Shown piece by piece: positions 27,401-40,900 of a DNA stretch of 64,000 nt. Below the pieces are notes generated by a model. It was not told where the DNA came from and ran no database searches. It saw only the letters and a list, made by a program, of their open reading frames with translations. Origin of the DNA: the human T2T-CHM13v2.0 reference genome, Homo sapiens; NCBI RefSeq assembly GCF_009914755.1, contig NC_060934.1; one strand, written 5' to 3'. Position 1 is the stretch's first letter. The number at the start of each line of letters is the position of its first letter. The position numbers were made by a program, and so were the translations under genes.

Positions 27401-29092
27401 TGTTGTGTGTATTCAACTCACAGAGTTGAACCTTTCTTTAGAGGGAGCAGAGGTGAAACACTCTTTTTGTGGAATTTGCTAGTGTAGATTTCAAACGCTT
27501 CGAAGACAGTGATAGAAAAGGATATATCTTCGTATTAAAAGTAGACAAAATCATTCTCAGAAAACTCTTTGTGATGTGTGTGTTCAACTCACAGAGTTTA
27601 ACCTTTCTTTAATCGAGCAGTTTGGAAATACACTCTTTGTAAGTCTGCAGGTGGATATTTGGCCCTCTTTGAGCCCTTCGTTGGAAACGGGATTTCCTCA
27701 TATAATGCTAGACAGAAGAATTCTCAGTAACTTCTTTGTGTTGTTTGTATTCAACACACAGATTTGAACCTTCCTTTAGAGAGAGCAGATTTGAAACACT
27801 CTGTTTTTGGAATTTGCAAGTGCAGATTTCAAGCGCTTCTAGGCCTATGGCAGAAAAGGAAATATCTTCGTATAAAAACTACACAGAATCATTCTCAACA
27901 ACTACTTTGTGATGTGTGCGTTCAACTCACAGAGTTTAACCTTTCTTTTCATAGAGCAGTTTGGAAACACTGTTTGTAAAGCCTGCAAGTGCTTTTTTGG
28001 ACTTCATTGAGGCCTTCGTTGGAAACGGGATTTCTTCATATAATGCTAGACAGAAGAATTCTCAGTCACTTCTTTGTGTTGTGTGTATTCAAGTCACAGA
28101 GTTGAGCCTTCCTTTAGACAGAGCAGTTTTGAAAAATTCTTTCTGTGGAGTTTGCAAGTGGAGATTTCAAGCGATTTGAGGCTAATCTTTGAAATGGAAA
28201 TATCTTCGTGTAAAAACTACACAGAATCATTCTCAGAAACTGCTTTGTCATCTGTGCGTTCAGTTCACAGAGTTTCACCTTTCTCTTCATAGAGCAGTTT
28301 GGAAAGACTCTGTCTGTAAAGTCTGCAAGTGATTAGTTAGACCCCTTTGAGGCCTTCGTTGGAAGCGGGATTTCTCATTTACTGCTAGACAGAAGAATTC
28401 TCAGTAAATCCTTTGTGTTGTGTGTATTCAACTCACAGAGTGGAACCTTCCTTTATTCAGAGCAGTTTTGAAAAACACTTTTTGTGGAATTTGCAAGTGG
28501 AGATTTCAAGCGATTTGACGCCAATCTTAGACATGGAAATATCTTCATATTAAAAGTACACAGAGTCATTCGTAGAAACTAGTTTGTGATGTGTGCCTTC
28601 AACTCACAGAGTTTAACCTTTCTTTTCATAGAGCAGTTTGGAAACACTCTATTTGTAAAGTCTGCAAGTGGATATTTGGACCTCTTTGAGGCCTTCGTTG
28701 GAAACGGGATTTCTTCATACAACGCTAGACAGAAGTATTCTCAGTAACTTCTTTGTGTTGTGTGTATTCAACTCACAGAGTTGAACCTTTCTTTAGAGAG
28801 AGCAGAGTTGAAACACTCTGTTTTTGGAATTTGCAACTGCAGATTTCAAGCCATTCTAGGCCTATGGCAGAAAAGGAAATATCTTCGTATAAAAACTACA
28901 CAGAATCATTCTCAACAACTACTTTGTGATGTGTGCGTTCAACTCACAGAGTTTAACCTTTCTTTTCATAGAGCAGTTTGGAAACACTCTGTTTGTAAAG
29001 CCTGCAAGTGCTTTTTTGGACTTCATTGAGGCCTTCGTTGGAAACGGGATTTCTTCATATAATGCTAGACAGAAGAATTCTCAGTCACTTCT
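12463..29092 (+). repeat. Seven tandem 14-mer super-HORs (8-mer + 6-mer, 2376 bp; last one 2374 bp)
   Basis: Anchors 12463, 14839, 17215, 19591, 21967, 24343, 26719, 29093 show strict 1357/1019 alternation, apart from one 1355-bp unit. Confidence 0.93.
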
Positions 29093-32000
29093 TTGTGTTG
29101 TGTGTATTCAAGTCACAGAGTTGAACCTTCCTTTAGACAGAGCAGTTTTGAAAAATTCTTTCTGTGTAATTTGCAAGTGGAGATTTCAAGCGATTTGAGG
29201 CTAATCTTTGAAATGGAAATATCTTCGTGTAAAAACTACACAGAATCATTCTCAGAAACTGCTTTGTCATCTGTGCGTTCAGTTCACAGAGTTTCACCTT
29301 TCTCTTCATAGAGCAGTTTGGAAAGACTCTGTCTGTAAAGTCTGCAAGTGATTAGTTAGACCCCTTTGAGGCCTTCGTTGGAAGCGGGATTTCTCATTTA
29401 CTGCTAGACAGAAGAATTCTCAGTAAATCCTTTGTGTTGTGTGTATTCAACTCACAGAGTGGAACCTTCCTTTATTCAGAGCAGTTTTGAAAAACACTTT
29501 TTGTGGAATTTGCAAGTGGAGATTTCAAGCGATTTGACGCCAATCTTAGACATGGAAATATCTTCATATTAAAAGTACACAGAGTCATTCGTAGAAACTA
29601 GTTTGTGATGTGTGCCTTCAACTCACAGAGTTTAACCTTTCTTTTCATAGAGCAGTTGGGAAACACTCTATTTGTAAAGTCTGCAAGTGGATATTTGGAC
29701 CTCTTTGAGGCCTTCGTTGGAAACGGAATTTCTTCATATAACGCTAGACAGAAGAATTCTCAGTAACTTCTTTGTGTTGTGTGTATTCAACTCACAGAGT
29801 TGAACCTTTCTTTAGAGGGAGCAGAGGTGAAACACTCTTTTTGTGGAATTTGCTAGTGTAGATTTCAAACGCTTCGAAGACAGTGATAGAAAAGGATATA
29901 TCTTCGTATTAAAAGTAGACAAAATCATTCTCAGAAAACTCTTTGTGATGTGTGTGTTCAACTCACAGAGTTTAACCTTTCTTTAATCGAGCAGTTTGGA
30001 AATACACTCTTTGTAAGTCTGCAGGTGGATATTTGGTCCTCTTTGAGCCCTTCGTTGGAAACGGGATTTCCTCATATAATGCTAGACAGAAGAATTCTCA
30101 GTAACTTCTTTGTGTTGTTTGTATTCAACACACAGATTTGAACCTTCCTTTAGAGAGAGCAGATTTGAAACACTCTGTTTTTGGAATTTGCAAGTGCAGA
30201 TTTCAAGCGCTTCTAGGCCTATGGCAGAAAAGGAAATATCTTCGTATAAAAACTACACAGAATCATTCTCAACAACTACTTTGTGATGTGTGCGTTCAAC
30301 TCACAGAGTTTAACCTTTCTTTTCATAGAGCAGTTTGGAAACACTCTGTTTGTAAAGCCTGCAAGTGCTTTTTTGGACTTCATTGAGGCCTTCGTTGGAA
30401 ACGGGATTTCTTCATATAATGCTAGACAGAAGAATTCTCAGTCACTTCTTTGTGTTGTGTGTATTCAAGTCACAGAGTTGAGCCTTCCTTTAGACAGAGC
30501 AGTTTTGAAAAATTCTTTCTGTGGAGTTTGCAAGTGGAGATTTCAAGCGATTTGAGGCTAATCTTTGAAATGGAAATATCTTCGTGTAAAAACTACACAG
30601 AATCATTCTCAGAAACTGCTTTGTCATCTGTGCGTTCAGTTCACAGAGTTTCACCTTTCTCTTCATAGAGCAGTTTGGAAAGACTCTGTCTGTAAAGTCT
30701 GCAAGTGATTAGTTAGACCCCTTTGAGGCCTTCGTTGGAAGCGGGATTTCTCATTTACTGCTAGACAGAAGAATTCTCAGTAAATCCTTTGTGTTGTGTG
30801 TATTCAACTCACAGAGTGGAACCTTCCTTTATTCAGAGCAGTTTTGAAACACTCTTTTTGTGGAATTTGCAAGTGGAGATTTCAAGCGATTTGACGCCAA
30901 TCTTAGACATGGAAATATCTTCATATTAAAAGTACACAGAGTCATTCGTAGAAACTAGTTTGTGATGTGTGCCTTCAACTCACAGAGTTTAACCTTTCTT
31001 TTCATAGAGCAGTTTGGAAACACTCTATTTGTAAAGTCTGCAAGTGGATATTTGGACCTCTTTGAGGCCTTCGTTGGAAACGGGATTTCTTCATATAACG
31101 CTAGACAGAAGAATTCTCAGTAACTTCTTTGTGTTGTGTGTATTCAACTCACAGAGTTGAACCTTTCTTTAGAGGGAGCAGAGGTGAAACACTCTTTTTG
31201 TGGAATTTGCTAGTGTAGATTTCAAACGCTTCGAAGACAGTGATAGAAAAGGATATATCTTCGTATTAAAAGTAGACAAAATCATTCTCAGAAAACTCTT
31301 TGTGATGTGTGTGTTCAACTCCCAGAGTTTAACCTTTCTTTAATCGAGCAGTTTGGAAATACACTCTTTGTAAGTCTGCAGGTGGATATTTGGCCCTCTT
31401 TAAGCCCTTCGTTGGAAACGGGATTTCCTCATATAATGCTAGACAGAAGAATTCTCAGTAACTTCTTTGTGTTGTTTGTATTCAACACACAGATTTGAAC
31501 CTTCCTTTAGAGAGAGCAGATTTGAAACACTCTGTTTTTGGAATTTGCAAGTGCAGATTTCAAGCGCTTCTAGGCCTATGGCAGAAAAGGAAATATCTTC
31601 GTATAAAAACTACACAGAATCATTCTCAACAACTACTTTGTGATGTGTGCGTTCAACTCACAGAGTTTAACCTTTCTTTTCATAGAGCAGTTTGGAAACA
31701 CTCTGTTTGTAAAGCCTGCAAGTGCTTTTTTGGACTTCATTGAGGCCTTCGTTGGAAACGGGATTTCTTCATATAATGCTAGACAGAAGAATTCTCAGTC
31801 ACTTCTTTGTGTTGTGTGTATTCAAGTCACAGAGTTGAACCTTCCTTTAGACAGAGCAGTTTTGAAAAATTCTTTCTGTGGAGTTTGCAAGTGGAGATTT
31901 CAAGCGATTTGAGGCTAATCTTTGAAATGGAAATATCTTCGTGTAAAAACTACACAGAATCATTCTCAGAAACTGCTTTGTCATCTGTGCGTTCAGTTCA

Positions 32001-33163
32001 CAGAGTTTCACCTTTCTCTTCATAGAGCAGTTTGGAAAGACTCTGTCTGTAAAGTCTGCAAGTGATTAGTTAGACCCCTTTGAGGCCTTCGTTGGAAGCG
32101 GGATTTCTCATTTACTGCTAGACAGAAGAATTCTCAGTAAATCCTTTGTGTTGTGTGTATTCAACTCACAGAGTGGAACCTTCCTTTATTCAGAGCAGTT
32201 TTGAAAAACACTTTTTGTGGAATTTGCAAGTGGAGATTTCAAGCGATTTGACGCCAATCTTAGACATGGAAATATCTTCATATTAAAAGTACACAGAGTC
32301 ATTCGTAGAAACTAGTTTGTGATGTGTGCCTTCAACTCACAGAGTTTAACCTTTCTTTTCATAGAGCAGTTTGGAAACACTCTATTTGTAAAGTCTGCAA
32401 GTGGATATTTGGACCTCTTTGAGGCCTTCGTTGGAAACGGGATTTCTTCATATAACGCTAGACAGAAGAATTCTCAGTAACTTCTTTGTGTTGTGTGTAT
32501 TCAACTCACAGAGTTGAACCTTTCTTTAGAGGGAGCAGAGGTGAAACACTCTTTTTGTGGAATTTGCTAGTGTAGATTTCAAACGCTTCGAAGACAGTGA
32601 TAGAAAAGGATATATCTTCGTATTAAAAGTAGACAAAATCATTCTCAGAAAACTCTTTGTGATGTGTGTGTTCAACTCACAGAGTTTAACCTTTCTTTAA
32701 TCGAGCAGTTTGGAAATACACTCTTTGTAAGTCTGCAGGTGGATATTTGGCCCTCTTTGAGCCCTTCGTTGGAAACGGGATTTCCTCATATAATGCTAGA
32801 CAGAAGAATTCTCAGTAACTTCTTTGTGTTGTTTGTATTCAACACACAGATTTGAACCTTCCTTTAGAGAGAGCAGATTTGAAACACTCTGTTTTTGGAA
32901 TTTGCAAGTGCAGATTTCAAGCGCTTCTAGGCCTATGGCAGAAAAGGAAATATCTTCGTATAAAAACTACACAGAATCATTCTCAACAACTACTTTGTGA
33001 TGTGTGCGTTCAACTCACAGAGTTTAACCTTTCTTTTCATAGAGCAGTTTGGAAACACTCTGTTTGTAAAGCCTGCAAGTGCTTTTTTGGACTTCATTGA
33101 GGCCTTCGTTGGAAACGGGATTTCTTCATATAATGCTAGACAGAAGAATTCTCAGTCACTTCT
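29093..33163 (+). repeat. Second run of three canonical 8-mers (duplicate of 581-4651)
   Basis: Anchors 29093, 30450, 31807, 33164. Shares private SNVs with 581-4651 at offset 28512. Confidence 0.93.
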
Positions 33164-34182
33164 TTGTGTTGTGTGTATTCAAGTCACAGAGTTGAACCTT
33201 CCTTTAGACAGAGCAGTTTTGAAAAATTCTTTCTGTGGAGTTTGCAAGTGGAGATTTCAAGCGATTTGAGGCTAATCTTTGAAATGGAAATATCTTCGTG
33301 TAAAAACTACACAGAATCATTCTCAGAAACTGCTTTGTCATCTGTGCGTTCAGTTCACAGAGTTTCACCTTTCTCTTCATAGAGCAGTTTGGAAAGACTC
33401 TGTCTGTAAAGTCTGCAAGTGATTAGTTAGACCCCTTTGAGGCCTTCGTTGGAAGCGGGATTTCTCATTTACTGCTAGACAGAAGAATTCTCAGTAAATC
33501 CTTTGTGTTGTGTGTATTCAACTCACAGAGTGGAACCTTCCTTTATTCAGAGCAGTTTTGAAAAACACTTTTTGTGGAATTTGCAAGTGGAGATTTCAAG
33601 CGATTTGACGCCAATCTTAGACATGGAAATATCTTCATATTAAAAGTACACAGAGTCATTCGTAGAAACTAGTTTGTGATGTGTGCCTTCAACTCACAGA
33701 GTTTAACCTTTCTTTTCATAGAGCAGTTTGGAAACACTCTATTTGTAAAGTCTGCAAGTGGATATTTGGACCTCTTTGAGGCCTTCGTTGGAAACGGGAT
33801 TTCTTCATACAACGCTAGACAGAAGAATTCTCAGTAACTTCTTTGTGTTGTGTGTATTCAACTCACAGAGTTGAACCTTTCTTTAGAGAGAGCAGAGTTG
33901 AAACACTCTGTTTTTGGAATTTGCAACTGCAGATTTCAAGCGATTCTAGGCCTATGGCAGAAAAGGAAATATCTTCGTATAAAAACTACACAGAATCATT
34001 CTCAACAACTACTTTGTGATGTGTGCGTTCAACTCACAGAGTTTAACCTTTCTTTTCATAGACCAGTTTGGAAACACTCTGTTTGTAAAGCCTGCAAGTG
34101 CTTTTTTGGACTTCATTGAGGCCTTCGTTGGAAACGGGATTTCTTCATATAATGCTAGACAGAAGAATTCTCAGTCACTTCT

Positions 34183-35541
34183 TTGTGTTGTGTGTATTCA
34201 AGTCACAGAGTTGAACCTTCCTTTAGACAGAGCAATTTTGAAAAATTCTTTCTGTGTAATTTGCAAGTGGAGATTTCAAGCGATTTGAGGCTAATCTTTG
34301 AAATGGAAATATCTTCGTGTAAAAACTACACAGAATCGTTCTCAGAAACTGCTTTGTCATCTGTGCGTTCAGTTCACAGAGTTTCACCTTTCTCTTCATA
34401 GAGCAGTTTGGAAAGACTCTGTCTGTAAAGTCTGCAAGTGATTAGTTAGACCCCTTTGAGGCCTTCGTTGGAAGCGGGATTTCTCATTTACTGCTAGACA
34501 GAAGAATTCTCAGTAAATCCTTTGTGTTGTGTGTATTCAACTCACAGAGTGGAACCTTCCTTTATTCAGAGCAGTTTTGAAACACTCTTTTTGTGGAATT
34601 TGCAAGTGGAGATTTCAAGAGATTTGACGCCAATCTTAGACATGGAAATATCTTCATATTAAAAGTACACAGAGTCATTCGTAGAAACTAGTTTGTGATG
34701 TGTGCCTTCAACTCACAGAGTTTAACCTTTCTTTTCATAGAGCAGTTGGGAAACACTCTATTTGTAAAGTCTGCAAGTGGATATTTGGACCTCTTTGAGG
34801 CCTTCGTTGGAAACGGGATTTCTTCATATAACGCTAGACAGAAGAATTCTCAGTAACTTCTTTGTGTTGTGTGTATTCAACTCACAGAGTTGAACCTTTC
34901 TTTAGAGGGAGCAGAGGTGAAACACTCTTTTTGTGGAATTTGCTAGTGTAGATTTCAAACGCTTCGAAGACAGTGATAGAAAAGGATATATCTTCGTATT
35001 AAAAGTAGACAAAATCATTCTCAGAAAACTCTTTGTGATGTGTGTGTTCAACTCACAGAGTTTAACCTTTCTTTTCATAGAGCAGTTTGGAAACACTCTG
35101 TTTGTAAAGCCTGCAAGTGCTTTTTTGGACTTCATTGAGGCCTTCGTTGGAAACGGGATTTCTTCATACAACGCTAGACAGAAGAATTCTCAGTAACTTC
35201 TTTGTGTTGTGTGTATTCAACTCACAGAGTTGAACCTTTCTTTAGAGAGAGCAGAGTTGAAACACTCTGTTTTTGGAATTTGCAAGTTCAGATTTCAAGC
35301 GCTTCTAGGCCTATGGCAGAAAAGGAAATATCTTCGTATAAAAACTACACAGAATCATTCTCAACAACTACTTTGTGATGTGTGCGTTCAACTCACAGAG
35401 TTTAACCTTTCTTTTCATAGAGCAGTTTGGAAACACTCTGTTTGTAAAGCCTGCAAGTGCTTTTTTGCACTTCATTGAGGCCTTCGTTGGAAACGGGATT
35501 TCTTCATATAATGCTAGACAGAAGAATTCTCAGTCACTTCT
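34183..35541 (+). repeat. Chimeric 8-mer HOR (1359 bp), copy 2
   Basis: Same D2/A2 hybrid monomer as copy 1; pseudo-ORF 34933..35196. Confidence 0.9.
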
Positions 35542-36560
35542 TTGTGTTGTGTGTATTCAAGTCACAGAGTTGAACCTTCCTTTAGACAGAGCAGTTTTGA
35601 AAAATTCTTTCTGTGGAGTTTGCAAGTGGAGATTTCAAGCGATTTGAGGCTAATCTTTGAAATGGAAATATCTTCGTGTAAAAACTACACAGAATCATTC
35701 TCAGAAACTGCTTTGTCATCTGTGCGTTCAGTTCACAGAGTTTCACCTTTCTCTTCATAGAGCAGTTTGGAAAGACTCTGTCTGTAAAGTCTGCAAGTGA
35801 TTAGTTAGACCCCTTTGAGGCCTTCGTTGGAAGCGGGATTTCTCATTTACTGCTAGACAGAAGAATTCTCAGTAAATCCTTTGTGTTGTGTGTATTCAAC
35901 TCACAGAGTGGAACCTTCCTTTATTCAGAGCAGTTTTGAAACACTCTTTTTGTGGAATTTGCAAGTGGAGATTTCAAGCGATTTGACGCCAATCTTAGAC
36001 ATGGAAATATCTTCATATTAAAAGTACACAGAGTCATCCGTAGAAACTAGTTTGTGATGTGTGCCTTCAACTCACAGAGTTTAACCTTTCTTTTCATAGA
36101 GCAGTTTGGAAACACTCTATTTGTAAAGTCTGCAAGTGGATATTTGGACCTCTTTGAGGCCTTCGTTGGAAACGGGATTTCTTCATACAACGCTAGACAG
36201 AAGAATTTTCAGTAACTTCTTTGTGTTGTGTGTATTCAACTCACAGAGTTGAACCTTTCTTTAGAGAGAGCAGAGTTGAAACACTCTGTTTTTGGAATTT
36301 GCAAGTTCAGATTTCAAGCGCTTCTAGGCCTATGGCAGAAAAGGAAATATCTTCGTATAAAAACTACACAGAATCATTCTCAACAACTACTTTGTGATGT
36401 GTGCGTTCAACTCACAGAGTTTAACCTTTCTTTTCATAGAGCAGTTTGGAAACACTCTGTTTGTAAAGCCTGCAAGTGCTTTTTTGGACTTCATTGAGGC
36501 CTTCGTTGGAAACGGGATTTCTTCATATAATGCTAGACAGAAGAATTCTCAGTCACTTCT

Positions 36561-37919
36561 TTGTGTTGTGTGTATTCAAGTCACAGAGTTGAACCTTCCT
36601 TTAGACAGAGCAGTTTTGAAAAATTCTTTCTGTGTAATTTGCAAGTGGAGATTTCAAGCGATTTGAGGCTAATCTTTGAAATGGAAATATCTTCGTGTAA
36701 AAACTACACAGAATCATTCTCAGAAACTGCTTTGTCATCTGTGCGTTCAGTTCACAGAGTTTCACCTTTCTCTTCATAGAGCAGTTTGGAAAGACTCTGT
36801 CTGTAAAGTCTGCAAGTGATTAGTTAGACCCCTTTGAGGCCTTCGTTGGAAGCGGGATTTCTCATTTACTGCTAGACAGAAGAATTCTCAGTAAATCCTT
36901 TGTGTTGTGTGTATTCAACTCACAGAGTGGAACCTTCCTTTATTCAGAGCAGTTTTGAAACACTCTTTTTGTGGAATTTGCAAGTGGAGATTTCAAGAGA
37001 TTTGACGCCAATCTTAGACATGGAAATATCTTCATATTAAAAGTACACAGAGTCATTCGTAGAAACTAGTTTGTGATGTGTGCCTTCAACTCACAGAGTT
37101 TAACCTTTCTTTTCATAGAGCAGTTGGGAAACACTCTATTTGTAAAGTCTGCAAGTGGATATTTGGACCTCTTTGAGGCCTTCGTTGGAAACGGGATTTC
37201 TTCATATAACGCTAGACAGAAGAATTCTCAGTAACTTCTTTGTGTTGTGTGTATTCAACTCACAGAGTTGAACCTTTCTTTAGAGGGAGCAGAGGTGAAA
37301 CACTCTTTTTGTGGAATTTGCTAGTGTAGATTTCAAACGCTTCGAAGACAGTGATAGAAAAGGATATATCTTCGTATTAAAAGTAGACAAAATCATTCTC
37401 AGAAAACTCTTTGTGATGTGTGTGTTCAACTCACAGAGTTTAACCTTTCTTTTCATACAGCAGTTTGGAAACACTCTGTTTGTAAAGCCTGCAAGTGCTT
37501 TTTTGGACTTCATTGAGGCCTTCGTTGGAAACGGGATTTCTTCATACAACGCTAGACAGAAGAATTCTCAGTAACTTCTTTGTGTTGTGTGTATTCAACT
37601 CACAGAGTTGAACCTTTCTTTAGAGAGAGCAGAGTTGAAACACTCTGTTTTTGGAATTTGCAAGTTCAGATTTCAAGCGCTTCTAGGCCTATGGCAGAAA
37701 AGGAAATATCTTCGTATAAAAACTACACAGAATCATTCTCAACAACTACTTTGTGATGTGTGCGTTCAACTCACAGAGTTTAACCTTTCTTTTCATAGAG
37801 CAGTTTGGAAACACTCTGTTTGTAGAGCCTGCAAGTGCTTTTTTGCACTTCATTGAGGCCTTCGTTGGAAACGGGATTTCTTCATATAATGCTAGACAGA
37901 AGAATTCTCAGTCACTTCT
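36561..37919 (+). repeat. Chimeric 8-mer HOR (1359 bp), copy 3
   Basis: Same hybrid monomer; pseudo-ORF 37311..37574. Confidence 0.9.
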
Positions 37920-40900
37920 TTGTGTTGTGTGTATTCAAGTCACAGAGTTGAACCTTCCTTTAGACAGAGCAGTTTTGAAAAATTCTTTCTGTGGAGTTTG
38001 CAAGTGGAGATTTCAAGCGATTTGAGGCTAATCTTTGAAATGGAAATATCTTCGTGTAAAAACTACACAGAATCATTCTCAGAAACTGCTTTGTCATCTG
38101 TGCGTTCAGTTCACAGAGTTTCACCTTTCTCTTCATAGAGCAGTTTGGAAAGACTCTGTCTGTAAAGTCTGCAAGTGATTAGTTAGACCCCTTTGAGGCC
38201 TTCGTTGGAAGCGGGATTTCTCATTTACTGCTAGACAGAAGAATTCTCAGTAAATCCTTTGTGTTGTGTGTATTCAACTCACAGAGTGGAACCTTCCTTT
38301 ATTCAGAGCAGTTTTGAAACACTCTTTTTGTGGAATTTGCAAGTGGAGATTTCAAGCGATTTGACGCCAATCTTAGACATGGAAATATCTTCATATTAAA
38401 AGTACACAGAGTCATCCGTAGAAACTAGTTTGTGATGTGTGCCTTCAACTCACAGAGTTTAACCTTTCTTTTCATAGAGCAGTTTGGAAACACTCTATTT
38501 GTAAAGTCTGCAAGTGGATATTTGGACCTCTTTGAGGCCTTCGTTGGAAACGGGATTTCTTCATACAACGCTAGACAGAAGAATTCTCAGTAACTTCTTT
38601 GTGTTGTGTGTATTCAACTCACAGAGTTGAACCTTTCTTTAGAGAGAGCAGAGTTGAAACACTCTGTTTTTGGAATTTGCAAGTTCAGATTTCAAGCGCT
38701 TCTAGGCCTATGGCAGAAAAGGAAATATCTTCGTATAAAAACTACACAGAATCATTCTCAACAACTACTTTGTGATGTGTGCGTTCAACTCACAGAGTTT
38801 AACCTTTCTTTTCATAGAGCAGTTTGGAAACACTCTGTTTGTAAAGCCTGCAAGTGCTTTTTTGGACTTCATTGAGGCCTTCGTTGGAAACGGGATTTCT
38901 TCATATAATGCTAGACAGAAGAATTCTCAGTCACTTCTTTGTGTTGTGTGTATTCAAGTCACAGAGTTGAACCTTCCTTTAGACAGAGCAGTTTTGAAAA
39001 ATTCTTTCTGTGTAATTTGCAAGTGGAGATTTCAAGCGATTTGAGGCTAATCTTTGAAATGGAAATATCTTCGTGTAAAAACTACACAGAATCATTCTCA
39101 GAAACTGCTTTGTCATCTGTGCGTTCAGTTCACAGAGTTTCACCTTTCTCTTCATAGAGCAGTTTGGAAAGACTCTGTCTGTAAAGTCTGCAAGTGATTA
39201 GTTAGACCCCTTTGAGGCCTTCATTGGAAGCGGGATTTCTCATTTACTGCTAGACAGAAGAATTCTCAGTAAATCCTTTGTGTTGTGTGTATTCAACTCA
39301 CAGAGTGGAACCTTCCTTTATTCAGAGCAGTTTTGAAACACTCTTTTTGTGGAATTTGCAAGTGGAGATTTCAAGCGATTTGACGCCAATCTTAGACATG
39401 GAAATATCTTCATATTAAAAGTACACAGAGTCATTCGTAGAAACTAGTTTGTGATATGTGCCTTCAACTCACAGAGTTTAACCTTTCTTTTCATAGAGCA
39501 GTTGGGAAACACTCTATTTGTAAAGTCTGCAAGTGGATATTTGGACCTCTTTGAGGCCTTCGTTGGAAACGGGATTTCTTCATATAACGCTAGACAGAAG
39601 AATTCTCAGTAACTTCTTTGTGTTGTGTGTATTCAACTCACAGAGTTGATCCTTTCTTTAAAGGGAGCAGAGGTGAAACACTCTTTTTGTGGAATTTGCT
39701 AGTGTAGATTTCAAACGCTTCGAAGACAGTGATAGAAAAGGATATATCTTCGTATTAAAAGTAGACAAAATCATTCTCAGAAAACTCTTTGTGATGTGTG
39801 TGTTCAACTCACAGAGTTTAACCTTTCTTTAATCGAGCAGTTTGGAAATACACTCTTTGTAAGTCTGCAGGTGGATATTTGGCCCTCTTTGAGCCCTTCG
39901 TTGGAAACGGGATTTCCTCATATAATGCTAGACAGAAGAATTCTCAGTAACTTCTTTGTGTTGTTTGTATTCAACACACAGATTTGAACCTTCCTTTAGA
40001 GAGAGCAGATTTGAAACACTCTGTTTTTGGAATTTGCAAGTGCAGATTTCAAGCGCTTCTAGGCCTATGGCAGAAAAGGAAATATCTTCGTATAAAAACT
40101 ACACAGAATCATTCTCAACAACTACTTTGTGATGTGTGCGTTCAACTCACAGAGTTTAACCTTTCTTTTCATAGAGCAGTTTGGAAACACTCTGTTTGTA
40201 AAGCCTGCAAGTGCTTTTTTGCACTTCATTGAGGCCTTCGTTGGAAACGGGATTTCTTCATATAATGCTAGACAGAAGAATTCTCAGTCACTTCTTTGTG
40301 TTGTGTGTATTCAAGTCACAGAGTTGAACCTTCCTTTAGACAGAGCAGTTTTGAAAAATTCTTTCTGTGGAGTTTGCAAGTGGAGATTTCAAGCGATTTG
40401 AGGCTAATCTTTGAAATGGAAATATCTTCGTGTAAAAACTACACAGAATCATTCTCAGAAACTGCTTTGTCATCTGTGCGTTCAGTTCACAGAGTTTCAC
40501 CTTTCTCTTCATAGAGCAGTTTGGAAAGACTCTGTCTGTAAAGTCTGCAAGTGATTAGTTAGACCCCTTTGAGGCCTTCGTTGGAAGCGGGATTTCTCAT
40601 TTACTGCTAGACAGAAGAATTCTCAGTAAATCCTTTGTGTTGTGTGTATTCAACTCACAGAGTGGAACCTTCCTTTATTCAGAGCAGTTTTGAAACACTC
40701 TTTTTGTGGAATTTGCAAGTGGAGATTTCAAGCGATTTGACGCCAATCTTAGACATGGAAATATCTTCATATTAAAAGTACACAGAGTCATCCGTAGAAA
40801 CTAGTTTGTGATGTGTGCCTTCAACTCACAGAGTTTAACCTTTCTTTTCATAGAGCAGTTTGGAAACACTCTATTTGTAAAGTCTGCAAGTGGATATTTG

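Noticed and set aside
1-28512. Duplication offset 28512 equals exactly 12 x 2376
   Set aside because: This is arithmetic: the interval holds 12 six-mers and 12 eight-mers, with the +2 and -2 variants cancelling. It is not 12 regular 14-mers and implies no special mechanism.
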